DNA from: an uncultured virus (IMG/VR IMGVR_UViG_3300028888_000090)
Taxonomy: Duplodnaviria > Heunggongvirae > Uroviricota > Caudoviricetes > Crassvirales
Length of the DNA: 30,998 nt
Direction: 5' to 3' (one strand)
Virus record (IMG/VR): IMGVR_UViG_3300028888_000090
Below the pieces are notes generated by a model. It was not told where the DNA came from. It made no database searches and saw only the letters and a list, made by a program, of their open reading frames with translations. The position numbers and the translations under genes are program-made. The number at the start of each line of letters is the position of its first letter. The first letter of the stretch is position 1. Shown piece after piece: positions 27,648 to 30,998 of the stretch.

Positions 27648-28058
27648 TTATTCAAACATTATGTCATTATCTTTTTTAACAACTTGTGCAACTATTTCTC
27701 CAGTTTCATTATTTTCATCAACAATTTCTGTATTAACAGAATTAGCCATTTGGTATAATTTTCTTATACGTTCAAAATCCCATTTTGCTCTATCTAATAC
27801 AGAATTATCTACTTTTACACAAATAGTTTTTGAATGATAATCGTTATTTATATAATTAATAATTTTTTCAATAACACCGCTTATTGTAATATGTAGTTGC
27901 TCTTCATTAATTATATGAAGTATAGTATCATAAGATAACACATCACCTACTTTTAAATCAAAATGTTGTTCAAAGTCTCTTTCTTGAATATTTTGAAGTA
28001 CACTGTTTAAACGACAACCATCGTTATTTATAACATTAATTCTTGTAATCTTTTTCAT
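27648..28058 (-). CDS. Hypothetical protein
   Basis: 136-aa ORF abutting the nuclease start. Confidence 0.7.
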   Translation of the reverse strand: MKKITRINVINNDGCRLNSVLQNIQERDFEQHFDLKVGDVLSYDTILHIINEEQLHITISGVIEKIINYINNDYHSKTICVKVDNSVLDRAKWDFERIRKLYQMANSVNTEIVDENNETGEIVAQVVKKDNDIMFE

Positions 28059-28079
28059 AATTTATGTTTTATTAAGATT

Positions 28080-28694
28080 TTACATATAATTATCAGCATC
28101 CATACTACTACTAACTACATTACCACCACGAGACAATTCTGTTTCTTTCTCATAAAGGAGATTTTGTTTAGCTTCTTCAAGTTTCTTAATAAGAGAAGGA
28201 ATTTCACCTGCTTTCTTATTAACTTGATCTACAAGACCTAATACAACAGAAATAGTTTCAAGGTTTGTTTCAGTATTAAGTTTTTCATTAAGTAATTGAT
28301 TAACTTTATCAATACTTAAATTTATATTATGGATACCTTTTAAAATATTCTCTACTGTTCTTCCTGCTTCTCCTATATTCTCATTATAATATCTTTTAAT
28401 AAGTTTAATTACAAGAGCATCAGGAATGTAATCTGCTGGTAAATCAGCTTGTTCAATAGCCATTTTAAGAGATTCAGCATCACTTAAACCTGCTTGTTTA
28501 GCAGGAGACTTAGGATCACCAAGATAATAAACTACAATAGCTTCTTTAACATATTGTTCTTTATGTTTAGATTTATCTCTACGATAAAGTTCACGAATAT
28601 CTTTATCAAGAAGCTGTGCAGTATTAGGAGGCACCGGCATCCCATTATCATCAATAGTGATTAGTTGAGTAATATCAAGTTTAACTTTTGCCAT
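28080..28694 (-). CDS. crAss-like conserved helical protein (gene 86-like; small terminase candidate)
   Basis: 204 aa with RD.SK.K and DPKSP motifs and a coiled-coil C-terminus ending in RGG. The function is inferred from position. Confidence 0.5.
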   Translation of the reverse strand: MAKVKLDITQLITIDDNGMPVPPNTAQLLDKDIRELYRRDKSKHKEQYVKEAIVVYYLGDPKSPAKQAGLSDAESLKMAIEQADLPADYIPDALVIKLIKRYYNENIGEAGRTVENILKGIHNINLSIDKVNQLLNEKLNTETNLETISVVLGLVDQVNKKAGEIPSLIKKLEEAKQNLLYEKETELSRGGNVVSSSMDADNYM

Positions 28695-28703
28695 AATTTA
28701 TTC

Positions 28704-29201
28704 TTAAGAAATAAAAGGAGTTAAATTAATACAAGAATAACACATAAATCTAGCAAAAGCATCTTTATCTGAACATTTACTAGCACGTTTATCTTTTAGA
28801 TATTTATTATATTGCCATCTATGTTTCTTAACAAACATACTAGTTTGATACTTATACAATCTCTCACGAGCAACATCTGCACCAATATTAGCATTAAGTT
28901 CTCTTTTAAACACTGCATATTGTTCAGGTTCCATCGTATCTCTGGCAGTTGCTACAAGTTCTTTTCCGTTAATTTCTTTAAACTTTTGCTTATGAGCAGG
29001 AACTCTCATATTTCCAATATAAGGAATACCTGTCCAACGTCCTTCTTGTAGAAAAGCCTCAGCATCTCTTTCACATTGTTCAATCAAAGAATCTAGAATT
29101 TCTTTATCAACACTATTATCTTCAATTGAATCAATAATATCTTTCTTTCTACAAACAGTTACTTCATAACCTCCATTAGGAAATCTAAAAATTTCTGACA
29201 T
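28704..29201 (-). CDS. Hypothetical protein, possibly divergent HU/IHF-like
   Basis: Two helices followed by FLQEGRWTGIPYIGNMRV, which weakly resembles the HU L..G..V.I.GFG.F motif. Confidence 0.4.
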   Translation of the reverse strand: MSEIFRFPNGGYEVTVCRKKDIIDSIEDNSVDKEILDSLIEQCERDAEAFLQEGRWTGIPYIGNMRVPAHKQKFKEINGKELVATARDTMEPEQYAVFKRELNANIGADVARERLYKYQTSMFVKKHRWQYNKYLKDKRASKCSDKDAFARFMCYSCINLTPFIS

Positions 29202-29231
29202 AACTTAATAGCTTTAGCAGGTTAATTGGAA

Positions 29232-29271
29232 TAAAGATTAACTCCACTACCCCCGTAGAAAGGTGGAGTTA
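29232..29271 (-). terminator. Intergenic hairpin (weak terminator/attenuator)
   Basis: 9-bp stem TAACTCCAC/GTGGAGTTA (29239-29271); the 15-nt loop holds the dispersed motif; the U-tract is weak. Confidence 0.5.
29247..29263 (+). repeat. Dispersed GC-rich motif, copy 7
   Basis: CTACCCCCGTAGAAAGG, in a hairpin loop. Confidence 0.8.
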
Positions 29272-29278
29272 TATGTTG

Positions 29279-29818
29279 TTACTTAAGTGGAGTAACTGTA
29301 ACATAAGGATCTTCTATTTTTGTAGGTTTATCGTAAAGAGCAACAATATCACAATTAGGAATAATCTTAAATTCAACAAAAAGTACTTCCTGAGAATCAT
29401 TATTGACTAAAAGTGTTTGATAAAGATCTTTATCTATGTTAGCATCAACGATTTTTGCAAAATAATCAAGAGTAAGACGATTACTAGGAGCTGCACAGTG
29501 GTGTGCAAGTTGAATTTGACTGTTAGAAATTAAAAGTTTTTGTCCAACTTTAGCAGTACTCACAATACTTTCATCACTTTTACCTGACTTAATGAAAATA
29601 GGAATAATACCTATAGAAGCATTTTTCTTCTTACTTCTACAAGTCATAAAAATAGTAGAAAGTTTTTCGTGATAAACAAGACCAATTAGAGAATAATTTG
29701 GAGCAACAGTAATTCCTTCAGTTACACCAAGAAGATACTCACTAGTTAGTTCTTCTAACTTTGTTGGGAAGTTGAATTTCACTTCCGACATCTCTGTCTT
29801 TACAATAAATTCTTTCAT
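29279..29818 (-). CDS. Hypothetical protein, first gene of the late operon
   Basis: 179-aa ORF downstream of the promoter at ~29922. Confidence 0.8.
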   Translation of the reverse strand: MKEFIVKTEMSEVKFNFPTKLEELTSEYLLGVTEGITVAPNYSLIGLVYHEKLSTIFMTCRSKKKNASIGIIPIFIKSGKSDESIVSTAKVGQKLLISNSQIQLAHHCAAPSNRLTLDYFAKIVDANIDKDLYQTLLVNNDSQEVLFVEFKIIPNCDIVALYDKPTKIEDPYVTVTPLK

Positions 29819-29920
29819 AATAATTAATATGTTTAGTTAAACAATTTGGATTAGTCCAATTATCATTATTTACTTTGGTATCAATAGCAAGACTATTAGT
29901 AGTTGCTCATCAATTCCAAA

Positions 29921-29957
29921 GCAAATATACAAAATAATTTTCAATATGACCAACAAA
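29921..29957 (-). promoter_or_regulatory. Bacteroidetes sigma-A-type promoter heading the structural operon
   Basis: TTGG(29950-29953)-N20-TATATTTG(29922-29929), with a TTTG immediately adjacent at 29954-29957. Confidence 0.7.
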
Positions 29958-30089
29958 ATTTGCAAAAATTTTAATTTTTCACCATATAGTAGAAAATTCT
30001 ATTAGTTGCAGCACCAAAATCATCATCACAAGTAACACCGGTTGCAGCACTTCAAGACGGGTCACATATTAGCTTGCACTAGCTAGTTA

Positions 30090-30850
30090 GAGTAGTACTA
30101 CCAGTACTAGTAATAATAATACTTAAAATAATAATATTAATTCTGTATTTTTTATATAAAATATAATATATAATATATAACATATATGATATATATATAT
30201 ATATAAATATATATAAAGTAAAAAATATAATATATAAAAATATATAGATGATATAATATATAATATAAATAATATAAATAAAGATATAAATATTAAAAAT
30301 AATAATATTATAAAATATTTTAATAGTAATATAAACGTAGTTTATATTACTATTTCCTATTAGTATACACAAGGGTCTTTTCAAAGTACTACTTTTAGTA
30401 TTCCAGATTGTAATTTTGGAACTCCTACTAATAGTATTTTTATTATTATTTATTATAGTAGTACTCTTGATGGACATTACATAGCTATACCAATGGACGA
30501 TTTTAAGAGAGATAATGATTAAGTTGTGGATGAAAATAATGATGTTTGTAATAATATTGATTAAAATGCTACAATTTGGGCTAATTTTGATACTGTTGGA
30601 ACAATTAAATATTGTCGAATTGTTAGTGAAATTAGTAATATTTAAAATTAAGGAGATTTTAATAACAAACATATAAACGATTTTAAGAGAGATAGAAGTA
30701 AAGAAGATTGTTAAGGTTTGAAGAAAGTTTATGAGAAAGAAAATAATTAAGATTTTGATAGTAAACAAAATACGATAATGAAGATGTTTTTGATAAAATA
30801 TATTGTGCTTATGTTAAGATAAAATGTATAGAAAATATAATTTATAGATG
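30090..30850. other. Extremely AT-rich low-complexity non-coding region
   Basis: Near-pure A/T, (TA)n tract at about 30130-30330; 18-bp direct repeat; no credible ORF. Confidence 0.75.
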
Positions 30851-30998
30851 CAAGCGTGAACCTATTGATATTCATCCCCTCCCATTAACTAAGCGACTGA
30901 ATGCCCCCGCCACTCATTCTCAACTAACAAATTCTTCTCATCCTCAACAAAACAAAATTTGCTATGATAGTTGTCATAGTGCACAGGGAGGACCTGTG

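Noticed and set aside
30079..30768. 229-aa minus-strand ORF rich in Ile and Tyr
   Set aside because: It is the translation of low-complexity AT-rich DNA, has a TTG start and lies upstream of the operon promoter; most likely spurious.
1..30998. Stop-codon reassignment (TAG=Gln or TGA=Trp), known in some Crassvirales
   Set aside because: All core genes are full length in code 11. TAG ends genes at 3540 and 12944 (the latter 2 nt before the next start), and reading through the TGA at 6761 adds only three codons.

Overview
The window is about 31 kb of AT-rich, almost entirely minus-strand, densely packed phage genes. They form the virion/late module of a crAss-like phage (Crassvirales). Gene order and a ferredoxin-thioredoxin-reductase-like gene beside the portal resemble the p-crAssphage-like group, and TAnnTTTG promoters suggest a Bacteroidales host. 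The standard genetic code fits. Reading in the direction of transcription (right to left): an AT-rich non-coding region; four hypothetical genes; a PD-(D/E)XK nuclease; an L,D-transpeptidase-like endolysin with spanin-like genes; TerL; portal; FTR-like protein; scaffold-like protein; major capsid protein; the conserved crAss ring, auxiliary-capsid and hub-like genes; a 1509-aa modular fibre with a FISUMP domain; two paralogous accessory virion proteins; a holin-like gene; and an accessory cassette (basic microprotein, membrane protein, HTH, coiled-coil operon). The most unexplained signals are at DNA level. (1) A GC-rich ~20-bp motif (core CCCCYGTAGAA) occurs seven times, in both orientations, inside genes and inside terminator hairpins. 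(2) A ~110-bp intergenic element with fixed-spacing conserved boxes occurs twice. All product calls come from motif recognition and synteny; no database search was run.
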